Part shown: piece after piece, positions 26,277-39,292 of the stretch
Position numbering within the stretch: position 1 is the stretch's first letter
Layout of the letters: every line of letters begins with the position of its first letter
Source: Chrysomallon squamiferum
Taxonomy: Eukaryota > Animalia > Mollusca
Reading direction: 5' to 3'
DNA: 64,000 nt
Assembly: GCA_012295275.1 (NCBI GenBank)
Contig: CM022679.1
Coordinates: 18,166,001 to 18,230,000, forward strand
Program-made: the position numbers and the translations under genes
The notes under the pieces: generated by a model
Told to the model about the DNA's origin: nothing
The model's input: the letters and a program-made list of their open reading frames with translations, nothing else
The model's database searches: none

Positions 26277-26966
26277 TTTGACTTTTTTCTCTTAATACTT
26301 TAAAATATAAAACTGATAAATATAATGCGATTTTCATAATTCAAACTGCAAGACAATTATCAAGTTCTTGAGAATTATCCAGTTTCCGCATGCAACCATT
26401 TGATGTATACATCTGATAACAGTGCCAATTATCAGATCATCACCAAAAAGCCTTTTCTGTTCATTTCCTTCAGTTTGATATTCTTTTTTCACTTTTTTTT
26501 GTTTTTGTTTTTTTAATCAGAAGATAAGATTTTATGAAAACCTATGCAATTATTCACCATGCACTTTCAAATAAGAATAATTTTAAGCCTTCTTGTGCTA
26601 ATGGGAAAACCGCGACAGGGCAGAAAAACGACGCGTAGGAAAGCACGCCAAGTTGTGCGAGTGCATGAAATAGCATGATTCTTAAAAAATAAAAACAAAA
26701 ATCTAAAAGAAAAAAAGTCGCACACTTTCACAAACATAAATACAAGCAACGCACTGGAAAGATGAAATGCTCTTTATTATGATATACACTGAATGACATT
26801 CTGAGTCGGGAAAAGAAAAATTTTCAACAGATTTTGGCTTTGCGAGCAGCTGCGCAGTTCGGTCGCCAGTAGCCTACTTAGTTACTGAGTTAATTACAAA
26901 ACTTCATACGAAACTTTTCAAAATATTAATATATATATTTTTTTTCTAATATATATGAGTTACAGA

Positions 26967-29900
26967 AAGACTGTGAAACCACAGGTTTCGCGAAATCAGT
27001 AAAACCTTTAGAAAATTTGTGAAATCATTTCACCTAAGGATTTCGTGTAATTACTGAAAAATCAAAAAGTTGTTTTTACAGCTATGTTGGAGACCTTTTA
27101 AGAAATTTGTGAAATAAAAGAATGGTTAGTTTTGCAATGATTCTTTTGATACTAAACTTGTTAATTATATAATTTATATAATGATGAATGATTTGTTATT
27201 TTTTATAACTGGTACCCAAGAATCCGTTTTCATACCTTTATTCAATATAAATAAGAACTTTAAGATCTCTCATGTCTACTTTAATCAGATAGTTAAGAAC
27301 TCCGCGAGCGCAATTACAGTGCAGATATGGCTTTTTAATAGGTGTGTAAGTGTCACGGAATTCTACGTTGTTAGTAACTGATAATGTATAATGTTCATTT
27401 TTTGTATTCAGATTTTATTACCAATTTATGTTAGCTTTTTATCACGTCCGCGTTTTATTTTCACCGCCAGTTTTGTAACGACGTCGCTTTTATAGACAGA
27501 CAAAAAGCAAATTTTCTCAGCACAACTTAACGGCGGTACATTCATCTTTACCAGAAACCTCAGTGGTGCCCAGTCCGCCATTGATTTTACACTAACCAAC
27601 AAAGACATTGCAGCACTGAGTCAAATGGAAGTCCTAAATGAGTTGAATAGCGACCAACACCCCATACTTACCTATTTAAATAGCAAGAACTCCTTTTCCG
27701 ACAATTCTATTTTTACACCCAAATGGAATTTCACCAAAGCAAACATATTAAAATAAAAACTCTAACAACTTTGACACATATTATACTTAACTTACCAACA
27801 TGATAGACTCAGTTGTCGCTATGTATTAAACCTAAAACCAAAGAATGTTTTAGCAAAATATCCACTCCATGGTGGACTGAGCATATCAGAAAGAAATGCA
27901 GAAGGCAATATATATATATATATATATATACGATTCCATACAGGAAATACAAAAAGCCAAATATTAGTACCAAACCTAATTCTTATTGCAAAACAAGAAC
28001 ATTGGGACATTTTTTGAAATAGCATCAACTACAAAACGTCACTCAAAAACATCTGGACCAAAGCTCAAAAAGCCCCACACTATTAAAACTCTTGGCAACA
28101 ACAACGGCGCTTTTATAGATAAACAAAAAGTTACACAATAATGCAAAACCTACCAGATGAAACATTATTAATTACACTTGACCTCTTTTATATAATATGG
28201 TCAGCAGGCAAGATAACAACACATTGGAAACACGGAAAAGGTTTTAGTTTATCTGAACCTTACAAAGACCATTCACTACCCATCAATTACAGACCTGTTA
28301 CATCTCTAACGAAAAAACAAAGACACAACTACAGACCAGTTACACCTCTTTAATGAAAAAACAAAGACAGTAGCAAAATAACACTATAAATGGATGATAA
28401 TTTGTTAACTGAAATCAAAATATTGAAATTTTTAGGTGTAACATAAAACAGTCAGCTTAACTTCGGATGTCACATACAGAACATAACTGATTTTCAGGTA
28501 TTAGCTGAGATGCAAAGGAGAAAATACTAATTCTAATATATAAAACATGCATCCTCTCCAAACATGATTATTCCAGTGCAGGCAAACACATGATATAATA
28601 CAACCCTGCGCCATTAGAATAATTGGTCATTTACCAAGCATCACACCGCCTGACAGCCTCTACAATATACAACCATTAAAGTATAGACGAAACCTACAAA
28701 TACTAAAATAATACGTTAAAATCCATGCTCTCTGTAATGGTTTAATCCGTTATGAACCAACAATAAGACAACCCTTCAAAACACACATTTCACTACATTA
28801 TAATTTTTTTACAAGAGCTAGCCGTATTGAAATGGAGACTGCAGTCGTGATATGCCGCTACGAGCAAATAGTATAAAAATAAAGTCCACTTTAATTACGC
28901 CTTTTATCATTAAAAAATTAAACAGACAAAACAGAATTCTCACTTTTAAAAAAAAAAACTATATTCTTAGCAACCGCAAATGACCATTACAGCCAGCATG
29001 AACACATTTACACTGACAGGTTCAAAACCCAGACAATACCTGAACATTCTACCAATAAACCCACCTGACTGTCTTAGAAATCATCTCTCAGTATATACAG
29101 CAAAACTGGTGTCATCAGTGAGCTATGTTTTGGATAAAACGCAACAATAACAAATGTACGGTCATATTCTCCGACAGCCTCAGTTGTATATCATCAATTT
29201 GGGCATTCAACGAGACCAAACTTATTCAGTAACATATACGATCTACACGTACAAATATTATACAAACACAAACAGTTAATAACAATCGCAGTTTTTTCCA
29301 TTGCAGCCAAACATTATGACAAACATGGCAGAACGAATGGAATAGCAATAAAACATATGGCACTTTAATATCAAACCACTTGTCAAAACCCCCCAAATCA
29401 TTCTCAGAAACAAACTACATAACAACAATCTTACCAAACTCAGAATCAGCTACTCGACCATTCTAAACGCAGTCAAATTCAAATACAAAATAAGCACAAA
29501 ATTAACTTGCAACTGTGGATTTTCTGAAACCGTGAAACACGTTTCATTGATAACTTACATCACCAGCACAAAATAAATATTTTGATTCCAAGACATAGAC
29601 ACACAAAAACATAACATAAAATGAAACAATCACATAATAATTTTCTTCTTTTTAAAGAAGCAAAATAAAAATAAAAAAAGTAATAAAAAAATAAATAAAT
29701 AACAAAATAAAAATAAGAGAGTGTACAAAAAGAAATAAAACAAGAAAATACACCAGAACAAAACACTTAAATAAATTAATTGTCTTACCAGTTGATTGAT
29801 CGAGTGATATAGACAAATAATATAATATAAATTTATAAAATAAATAAATAAAACTTAGTTAAAAAAAAAGATATATATCGACTTACATTAAGACAATAGG

Positions 29901-30896
29901 ACCTAATACTAACATGGCTTAGTGTACGACAGAACTGTATACAACAGTGATGACAGGTGTCAGCAGTGACACGCGCGACACTGAGTACCTTGGACATTGA
30001 TTTAATATATTCTTGAATATTTTTGGTCACGTAATGTAAAAGTTAACAAAAGATAATTAAAAGTAGTGGGTGAGAGCAGAACTCCTTGCTGTATTATATT
30101 TATTGTACAACATAGAATATATAGTCATATATTTGTGGGTTAAAATCATAATGTCATATACCATTTAACAACATAAATTTAGAAGTGACACACGACGATG
30201 TAAAAATGACTAAGATATAAAAGTATTGACACGCCTAGCATCAAAGGTTTGCCACATGTAAATGTGTTCATTACTTTCTTATTTTTCAGGTACAAAACAA
30301 AGCTTGTCCTAGAAAAACGCGAATTTGTAATGAAAACAGCAAAATTGGAATAACTGTTGCTGTTCCTGTTCCCATGACTGATGGAGGTAGAGATGACCCA
30401 GGAAATATACTTGGTATTATTGTCGATCGAGATGAAAATGGCAATAAAGAAGTAGTCTCGCAGATAAAAGTTCTTCTGCAGTGACTGCAGATGCTACAGC
30501 TCTCTCACTTGTCAAAATGAGAACTAGTCAAGCTGTTATTTGACCAAGGCTGGTTCGTTGTGGTGATACAGTAATGTGATATAACTGTAAAAGAACTATG
30601 TATAGTTGTCAAATCTACTCATAATGCGTTCCAAAAGAACATGATCTTCTCTCTGTGTCGAAATTAAATGATAACATATGATTATAAGCTTACAGATGTA
30701 GTGTTATGGTATCATGTGCGGAATTTGGACAATAATGTTTCCAGTGTGATGTGTATCTAACATATATGATAAGTTATAAATCTCACTTGAAATCACTAGG
30801 GATTTTTAGTGATTTCATGAAATCGCTGTAAAACAGTAATTTCACGAATTCTTTAAAGGTTTAGGAATTTCGCGAAAACTCTAGTTCTACAGTCTT
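26967..30896 (+). mobile_element. Degenerate TIR element with a KRBA2/SCAND3-like (Ginger2/GingerRoot-related) integrase C-terminal remnant
   Basis: Imperfect ~100-bp inverted ends (AAGACTGT...TTTCGCGAAAT...AAACCTTTA at 26967; reverse complement ending at 30896). Remnant KIGITVAVPVPMTDGGRDDPGNILGIIVDRDENG near 30340-30445. Exact ends and TSD are unclear. Confidence 0.55.
27500..29620 (+). mobile_element. Decayed non-LTR retrotransposon (I-group-like: endonuclease, RT, RNase H, CCHC), nested in the TIR element
   Basis: Fragments in order: LNGGT..SAIDFTL..NSDQHPIL (AP endonuclease), KWNFTKAN, PWWT, W...HWK...NYRPVTSL (RT N-terminus), KFLGVT, IYTD..K and VIFSDSLSCI (RNase H), CNCG..ETVKHV. Many frameshifts and large internal deletions. 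Confidence 0.8.
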
Positions 30897-31280
30897 AACC
30901 TGTAGTTCTTATGCTACAGCATAAACGTACCCACATACTAAACATTTAAAAAAAAAAAAAAAATATATATAAATAAAATAAACATGTGATAAAAAAAATA
31001 ATAAAAAAAAAAAAAAAAAAAAAAAAAAATAATAATAATAATAATAAAAAATAAAAAAAAATTGGACATAATATTTAATAGAGACAAAAATTTTTACAGA
31101 TTTCAAATATATTGCTATCTAATCTGAATTAGGAAAAGATTATGCATTTCTTTTTTCGATAAGAGCTACATTATAATTTATCTTCTGCTATTTATTTATT
31201 TATTAAAGTCCCTTCAGTTTAGATCTTTACCTTCAGAACACATCTGAAAACCAATTATCAGCATTTCTAGAAGTCAACTG

Positions 31281-31329
31281 AATTTATTTAAGTCGTTTCA
31301 AAGATCCATTGAAACGACTTAAATAAATT
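31281..31329. repeat. Perfect hairpin (21-bp stem, 7-nt loop)
   Basis: AATTTATTTAAGTCGTTTCAA-agatcca-TTGAAACGACTTAAATAAATT. Confidence 0.9.
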
Positions 31330-31420
31330 TTTAATGATGGTATCGCACATTGATGTTTGGGTTTTAAGATTGGTGCTTTGTAAACTTTTCTGAAGCATGA
31401 TTATTATTTATTTATTTATC

Positions 31421-31468
<48 letters not shown>

Positions 31469-31491
31469 CGTTTCCTTAGGGAATCATAATA

Positions 31492-31801
31492 CAGGTTGAG
31501 AATCCCTTGTCCGATAATTCCGAAAAAAAACAACCTACCTCTGTAAATAGAGATATCTTACAGTATTCTGATTGTTTTGCATATACAAACTTTATTTTAT
31601 CTATTAAATTAGTTTAAAAAAAAAAAAAAAAAAAAAATTAAAAATTAATCAATTACAAAAAAAATCTTGAAAGCTATATGTATACGATGTATATGAAATA
31701 TAAATGGAATTTGTATTTAGACTTAGAGCCCATTCTCAGGCTATCTTTTTTTATTTCAAAATCCGTAACATTTTCGGTCCTAAGCATTTTGGATCAACCT
31801 G
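31492..31801. mobile_element. Tigger/pogo-type MITE (Tigger4-like ends)
   Basis: TA|CAGGTTGAGAATCCCTT...GGTCCTAAGCATTTTGGATCAACCTG|TA: TA target duplication with CAGGTTGA/TCAACCTG termini. Confidence 0.75.
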
Positions 31802-32749
31802 TAATGAGTCATTATTAATGATTAATTTAAATAGTTAAGTTCTAATAGGCCATCTGCTTACTGTTGGCATACGTATTCTTAAACTATTTTCGATTTATTC
31901 ACTAATTTAACAGGGGGGGGGGGAATCCTCTTTTTTTTTTTTATTATTATTATTATTTTTTATTTTTTTAGGAAGTTTGATACACAATAAATACATTTTA
32001 TATTAAAATAATGTGTTTCGTCACTATTTTATTGAGCGATGACGTCATTGATACAGTATATTTGGATAATGTGATTACATTAATAATTGCGATTCTGGAT
32101 TTATTATTATTATTTTTATTATGTTTTTTATGCTTATAAAGTTGTTGATATTTATCTGTATGAAAAATGAACGTTGACCAAAATCGAGGTCATAATTTTT
32201 TTTTTTTTATTATTTTTTTTTTCCACTATGAATAATTTGCAACAAGTTATAAGTTAACCATAATGGCATAAATAACCAAGTGGTTTTTTTTTTTTTTTAT
32301 TGTTTTTTGGTGTGTGTTATTTTCATATTGGTTACTCATTTTCATTCTTAAAATTTCAAGGTAGTCATAATATAATGTCTTTTAAGAAAGGAACTGGTAA
32401 TATTAATTTTAATGTCAGTTTTGCATATTATTTTTATTTATTTATTTATTTATTTATTTATTATTTTTTAAAAGTGTTTTCCTTTTTGTCAGATTATGTT
32501 TACTTTGAACATTTATTGCCGCTTATTTTTATGTTTATGACTCTGTTTTAGTACGTTTTTAGATAGTTTAATTCAGTAGAAAATTCACAAAATTATTCTG
32601 GTTAATTGTACCTAAAACTTTTTTCATTTAGCATAATTTTTAATATTTAAACAACAAATGAATTGTGAAAAAATCCAAGAAATTCAGCTTCTTCTACCCA
32701 GTATGCATATTAGTTTATGTCAAAGTGTTTGATTTATTTTTATTTTAGA

Positions 32750-33530
32750 AAAATATTAAATGGTGCAAGATTTGTTTTTGGCCTATCGAGCCCCACTTAA
32801 CAAAGTAGAATATAGGACCATCATGAAAAAAAAAAAAAAAAAAAAAAAAAGATAAATAAAATATTTGGATATTCCAGTGACAACCTTTCCCATAGTTGTC
32901 ATCCAGAAAAAAGAAAGAGGTTCTGGAAGATAAAAGACCCTTATTCAAACACATGAGAAACTTGCTAGAATAGCATCCATTTACAGGAGGCAGACTTCTT
33001 TGTTTAAGAATTTTACTTCCAACTGAACAAAGAAAATGTTCCCTGACACACTATCTGAAGGGTTCTCAGATAATTTGGCATTTGGTTCAGAGTTTTAATT
33101 CAAGAAGGCATAAGAAGAAGGCTGCTCATAGAAAGAAATTTATTGTTGTCTGTAAGGTCCTGCACTATTTCAATATTTCATTATTTCCAGGATGTTACCT
33201 TTTCTGATTTTTTTCCGCTGCTTCCAAAGGATGTTTTGAAGAATACCTACAACCAACAGCAAACTGTGTGTGTGCTGTTGCTGGACCACCAATTCTCAGT
33301 GAATGTGTCACTGTTCGTTACTCTAAGGATGACATTCTATTGAAGTGTCTCCCTTTATTCAAATGCTTCCTCATTCTAGTTTGGTAGTGGACCAAAATGA
33401 TAATGCTTTTCTGCTCATTTTTCTAAATCAATCAAAAATGTTTTCCAAGATTATGAAATTCAAACTTGTTTGGAGTGGACAGATCTTACCTCTATAGAAA
33501 ATGTGAGACCAAACCAAGTTCTAGAACTTT
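32750..33530 (-). mobile_element. Highly decayed transposon fragment with XPG/PIN-like motifs (Academ-like)
   Basis: Broken minus-strand frames in the expected order: NEEA, VILRVTNSDT, VGC..S, TSWK, RSLPP..DAIL, DNYG. These resemble the EEAD/DTD/GCD/LPP/GW series of AcademX-type proteins. Confidence 0.4.
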
Positions 33531-33680
33531 CACAAACAAATTCACGCTGATACAATCATATATTTATTTTTATCTTTATTTAAATATACCCTTTCCATTA
33601 CTGATGAATTTAAAATGATCTTGTCATATTCTAGTAAATAAGTCAGTAGATAAACTTTTAATTACTTATTTGTTTCTATA

Positions 33681-33711
<31 letters not shown>

Positions 33712-33770
33712 CATGTCTGAGAAAAAGAGAGAGAGAAAGCGTAAAGATATCAAAAATGAGATATATACAG

Positions 33771-33815
<45 letters not shown>

Positions 33816-33900
33816 TATATTTGTATATTATTGAATTATGGGAACATACTCTAATTTGCATTCCATTAGGAAGACTCTAAGTGTAAAGGAATATCACAGT

Positions 33901-36900
33901 ATGGATAATGCACTAAATAAAAATGTCCTATCGCAGTCCAAGTCAAGTGACAGCCGACATAATTCTAGTGAGTCTGAAAGTGATGAATCAGCCAGTGAAG
34001 CACAAATTAGTTTTGAAATTCAACAGACACTGCCAAGCAAGGAAACATTCAATGATTGGCTTGGCTGCCATTCATGCACTTATGCATGTATAACACCATT
34101 TCTGACCAAACTCAAACCATTGCCCAACAATGCATCAAACTGTGATAAACTGAAATATGCTTTTTTGTGTCCTCCTCATGGCAAAGTCGGAGGATTTTTG
34201 TTTCTTCTGATTCTTTTCTTCACTTGGTGGGGAGTGCTTATAGCTATCACAGACAAAGAAGCTCTTCCAGGAGGAAATTTGTTTTCATTGTTGGTGTTGT
34301 TCATTGTGTGCTGGCTTGGTGGATACCTCATTTCATTCATCAAACTGCCACCACTGCTAGGTAATAATGCACTTTAATCTGTATTCTTAACAAAAATAAG
34401 TTTTCATATACTAAACAAACTATGTGGTCATGATGTGAAAACCTATCTTTTTTATATATTCATATTAATAACTTTAAAGTATTTTCAAATCATTGCTGTT
34501 TAATTCTGTACAGATATATTTCTGCTATTGTAAATTTTTAAATAATTAGAGCTTTGTTTTCCATTAGTTATTCTTAATTATAATAATGGAGAATTAGCGA
34601 TAAGTTATTTTTTATCAAAAGACATACTTACCTATTTTATTTATTTAAAGAAAAAAAAATTAATTGCACTTGTGTTATTGATTATGTACTTGGAGAAATT
34701 AATTAAATTTTTTTTCATTATAAATGTACACATTTCATGTTGATAATATATAATGACTAAAGACAAGATTTTTAAGTATTTTATTTTTAAATATTTAATG
34801 CTTAATTTATTTTTAAGGCATGCTTATAACTGGAGTATTGCTGAGCAATGTTCCATACATAGCAGTTGGAAGAGATACTGAACACCAATGGTCTGCCAAT
34901 TTGAGGTAACTCTTAAAGAACAAAAATATTTCATAAACATCCTGTGATAGCTTTGGTCTTTGGCATTAGTCACAGCATATTAATTTTCATTCCCTCATAT
35001 AAACATACTATATGATGTAATAATTTTTATTTTATGTTCATTATTGTTTACATATCAATGAAAATAACTGCATCAATTACATCAATATATACCAACAAGT
35101 ACATGCATATGTATAAATATATGTACATTAATAATGATTTATTAACTAAATGAGTCTTGGTGAATGTTCCTTGCATGATTAGAGCTATTTTATAATAAAT
35201 TACCAAGATATTCAGTTTATTTAAGAAGGGCATACACTTACTGAGATTAACACACATTTTAACAAGTGATGGTTTCTGCAAGACATGGTGATATTATAAA
35301 TGTGTAGTATACAATAAATAACCTCTTGCAAATTAAAAAACAAAGTCATAAATCCTAGCAGATAATACTGTTTATTATTTTTATTATTTATTTATTTAGT
35401 TTTCAGTGAAATATTAATCTCAGACATAATTCTGTGGTCTGTTTAGGCAGATGGCTCTTACTGTGATACTGATACGAGCTGGATTGGGTTTGGACCCAAA
35501 AACTTTACGTCGTCTTGCTATGGTTGTTTTGCGACTTGCCTTCTCACCCTGTCTTGCAGAAACTATCACTTGTGGAATTGCTGCTCATGTGCTGCTTGGA
35601 TTTCCATGGGAATGGGGATTTATGCTTGGGTGACCATGAAATTTGTGATTTGTTATTTGATGTACAAAATTTTAAAAAAACAAGCTTAAAAGTTTTAATA
35701 TTAATTTAATATACATTAAAGATATAAATTTCACTCCAGTCTATTTAATTACAGGATTTTAATTTTAAATTAATGTAAATTCAGTTCTCATTGTGATAAC
35801 AGTAAAAGCAGCAATTTTCTTTATTTCATAGAAGAAAACCTATTCAGTTTAACTGTTTATATTGTAGATGGATGCATCATTATATAGTTTATTTCTTTGT
35901 TAAATAAAACGCAACATTACTTTTCTCATTTTAATCTGCATTATTTTTTTAACAAAGACAACCTAGTAAAAATCATGATAACTTGAGACTAATAGAGAGA
36001 GAGAAAAATATTTATAAAAACAAAGTGAGAAAACAAAAATCTTCAAAATAATATTTTACTACACAAAATAAAAAATGTTCCATAGAGAGGAAAGGCACTT
36101 TAGCAAACAAACTGAAGTATGACAATTCCCTAAATTAGATGCAGATTCAATGAAAATATTTTTTAAAATGTTGTTCTTTATATATTTTCATTCATGTTCT
36201 TTGTAAATTATCCTGAATTAATATAATCTGTAAAATTTGTTTCAGATTTGTTTTAGCTGCTGTTTCTCCTGGTGTTGTTGTTCCATCTCTGCTGAATCTT
36301 CAAGAAAGGGGTTATGGTATAGATAGTGGTGTGCCAACTCTAATCATTGCAGCAGCCAGTATAGATGATGTGTTAGCCATTACTGGATTTGGTCTTCTTA
36401 TGGGAATAACTTTTGCCCATGGTGATGATTTCAATATTTAAATATTCTTTTCAAGCTATAATGTCTTTAAATTATTTGTATGCATGAAAAAAGTATGTTT
36501 GTTATAAAATTTGACGTTTGTTACCTATTCTTGTTTTCAGAAAATATAGCTTGGAGTTTGTTCAAAGGACCAGTAGAAGCTATTATTGGTGTGGTGTATG
36601 GTATAGTGATGGGTGTAACACTCTGGTACATACCTGAAAGAAAAAGTGTAAGTTGTAATTAAAACAATATGTCTTCTTAATCCAAATTTATAGTTAAGTA
36701 AAAACAAAAAGAGTCATTGATTGACATATTTTATAAAGAATTAGTTGGAAAGATTATAACAATGAATGCCATAAAACTTTGGTATGAGGTGTAATAAAGC
36801 TGTAATCATACAGGTATTATCATTTTCAGGACTGATGTCCCAAGTCTTTTTAAACACATCTCCAAAACCTATGATAATTATTTTTAATGGATACTTCATG

Positions 36901-37185
36901 TTATTTTAAAGTGGATGCATTATGTTTTGCTCGTCTTTTTTTTCCTTTTACATTCAATGTCTTGTTTTTATATTACATAATCTTTTTTTTACAAAAAAGT
37001 ATTACACACTTGCAAGCACATGCCTCCCTAGGCACAAATCAGATCAATAGGACTGACTGTAAACCTTCCACAGACACCACATATGTATGAATATACATGG
37101 CATTTGTAAGAGACCATGAAAAATATCCCGATTTGAAGGAATTCTAGTTTACTGTTTGTCTGATTGTGAGGGGTTTTTTACATAC

Positions 37186-37216
<31 letters not shown>

Positions 37217-39292
37217 CACACACACATGACTCATATGTTCTGCTTTAGAGGCACCTGTTACTGTTTAGAAGCACTCTTCTGGTGGGCCTGGGACTTATGT
37301 CAATTTTCCTCTCTATCTATCTTAAATGGTCAGGAGTGGGGCCTCTTGGCTGCCTCTCACTGGCATTTGTTGCTGGGTTAAAATGGAGGAAAGAAGTGCA
37401 TTCTGATAACAAGGTAATTCTAATTGTAACTATTAAAAATAATTCTCATAATGTAAAAAAAAAAAAAAAAAAAAAAAAGAGAATCTGTTCATTATATATG
37501 TTTATTATTATACCCAAAATGTTTAGTGTAATTATAAATGATTTATTTATATTACAGAATTCCATAGATGATGTTGTTGACGTACTGTGGATAATTTATC
37601 AGCCAATGCTGTTTGGTTTGGTTGGAGCTGCTGTCAATATCAGTGACCTTGATGTTCATACAGTGGGTATGTTTTAACGAATACCAACGTAACTGACATA
37701 CACAAACATTTCAAATGAAAATCCAAAATGTGCAAATACATATTCAACAATAGCAGCTACAGAATAATATATTTTCAAACATAAAATTAAAGATTAATTT
37801 CAATGTGCTTTTCTTCTCATTTTCATTTTTTGGTTTTCACTTAAATATTAGTATTTGTGGAATTAAAACTGGTATTTGACAAACTATCATAGGCATAAGC
37901 ATAAGGACATGAACAAATTAATGAAAAATACAATATTTGTTTTTGTTATTTTTTAAACTGATTATACAATTGTTCATTGCTATATATCAAAACAACCCTT
38001 AGACTATTACTTGTATTATACCAATCTCATTTGAAATATGATTTTATTGATAATAAATTACACTAGAATGTTCAGACTATCTGTTCACAATTTCTTTAAT
38101 GTTAAGCTTTGGGACTTGCTACTCTAGTTATTGGTTTGGCTGTACGAATGTTGGTATCCTTTTGTGCTGTTCTTCATACAAAACTTAACAGAAATGAAAA
38201 GATATTTGTTGCCATTGCATGGCTGCCCAAGGCTACTGTTCAGGTTAATTTGCAATTTTTTATCTTTTCTGATTATGTATTTTTTAATGATTAAACAATT
38301 ATAAATAAGACAATAATTCAACTAATATTTCTAGTGGAAAGAGTGAAAAAAATGGAAAGAAAATGCAAGACAGACAGACAAAGAACAGTAGTAATAATTA
38401 AAATTAATATTGTTACTTTCAATATTTATTACAATAACATTTTTAAACTAATACCTGCTATATATTATTCTTCAATTCTTTTCATAATCATCACTATAAT
38501 CATATAAAAATTTGTTTTTAATAAGGCAATGAGAACTTGAAATTGGGAATATTTCACTTTTAATACATTCTAGGGGAAGCTGAGATCACTATATGTTATT
38601 TTCATGTAATTGAAAGAGAATTTTTTTTTTTTTTTTTCATTCAATAAAATATGGAATTATAAAATTATCTTCAACACATGACTAATTACCATATACTGAT
38701 TTCTCTCACAACAGGCTGCTATAGGAGGACTAGCATTAGATCAAGCCATGGTGAGAAAAAATTATGGATTTCAAAATGATGATGAAATAAAATTTGGCAA
38801 ACAGGTCAGATCTTTAATTTATACTTTTAAAAGTTATTCTTTGTATTGAACATTATTCTCAGTGCATTATTTAATAAAAAAAAAAGAGAAAAAAAAAAGA
38901 ATCTAAATTACAGAGTGTAAACAAAGGCTTTTCACATCATGAAAGTGTATTTATTTTCATTTTTTTATAAATATATTTAAATTTTATCTCCTCTGTTTTG
39001 TAAATATTCTTCAACAATAATCCACTTAGTAAGTATATATATATTTTTTTTTTTGCAGATTTTGACAATTGCTGTGTTATCAATACTTGTAACAGCACCT
39101 CTTGGATCAAGTCTAGTGGCTTTGTTGGGTCCAAAATTGTTACGCATGTCCAAAATGTTTATAGCAATACATAAAATAGACGATTTGAACAGCATCAGTG
39201 ACAGTTCTAAAGATATGCAAAAAGCTAAGCTGCAAAATGATAATTTTCAGGATAATTCTGACACAAATTCATTACCAAAGCTAGCCCATTGA
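33901..39292 (+). CDS. SLC9B2: Na+(Li+)/H+ antiporter NHA (SLC9B1/2 family), paralog 1, 10 coding exons, about 582 aa
   Basis: Exons 33901-34360, 34818-34905, 35447-35629, 36246-36421, 36541-36647, 37249-37413, 37558-37666, 38107-38243, 38715-38804, 39059-39292 (GT-AG, in phase, 1749 nt). Motifs LPPLLGML, LIRAGLGLD, AVSPGVVVP, AASIDDVLAI, WLPKATVQAAIG, SILVTAPLG. The start at 33901 was chosen by analogy with paralog 2 (acceptor AG ending 33869). Confidence 0.94.

Noticed and set aside
27351-27363. 13-mer TGTCACGGAATTC identical to the solo-LTR start at 13546
   Set aside because: Similarity does not extend further, so it is not a partner LTR.
33838-33900. Upstream in-frame ATG for NHA paralog 1
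   Set aside because: It lies before a probable acceptor (AG ending 33869) and next to microsatellites. Paralog 2 has the acceptor-then-ATG layout matching 33901.
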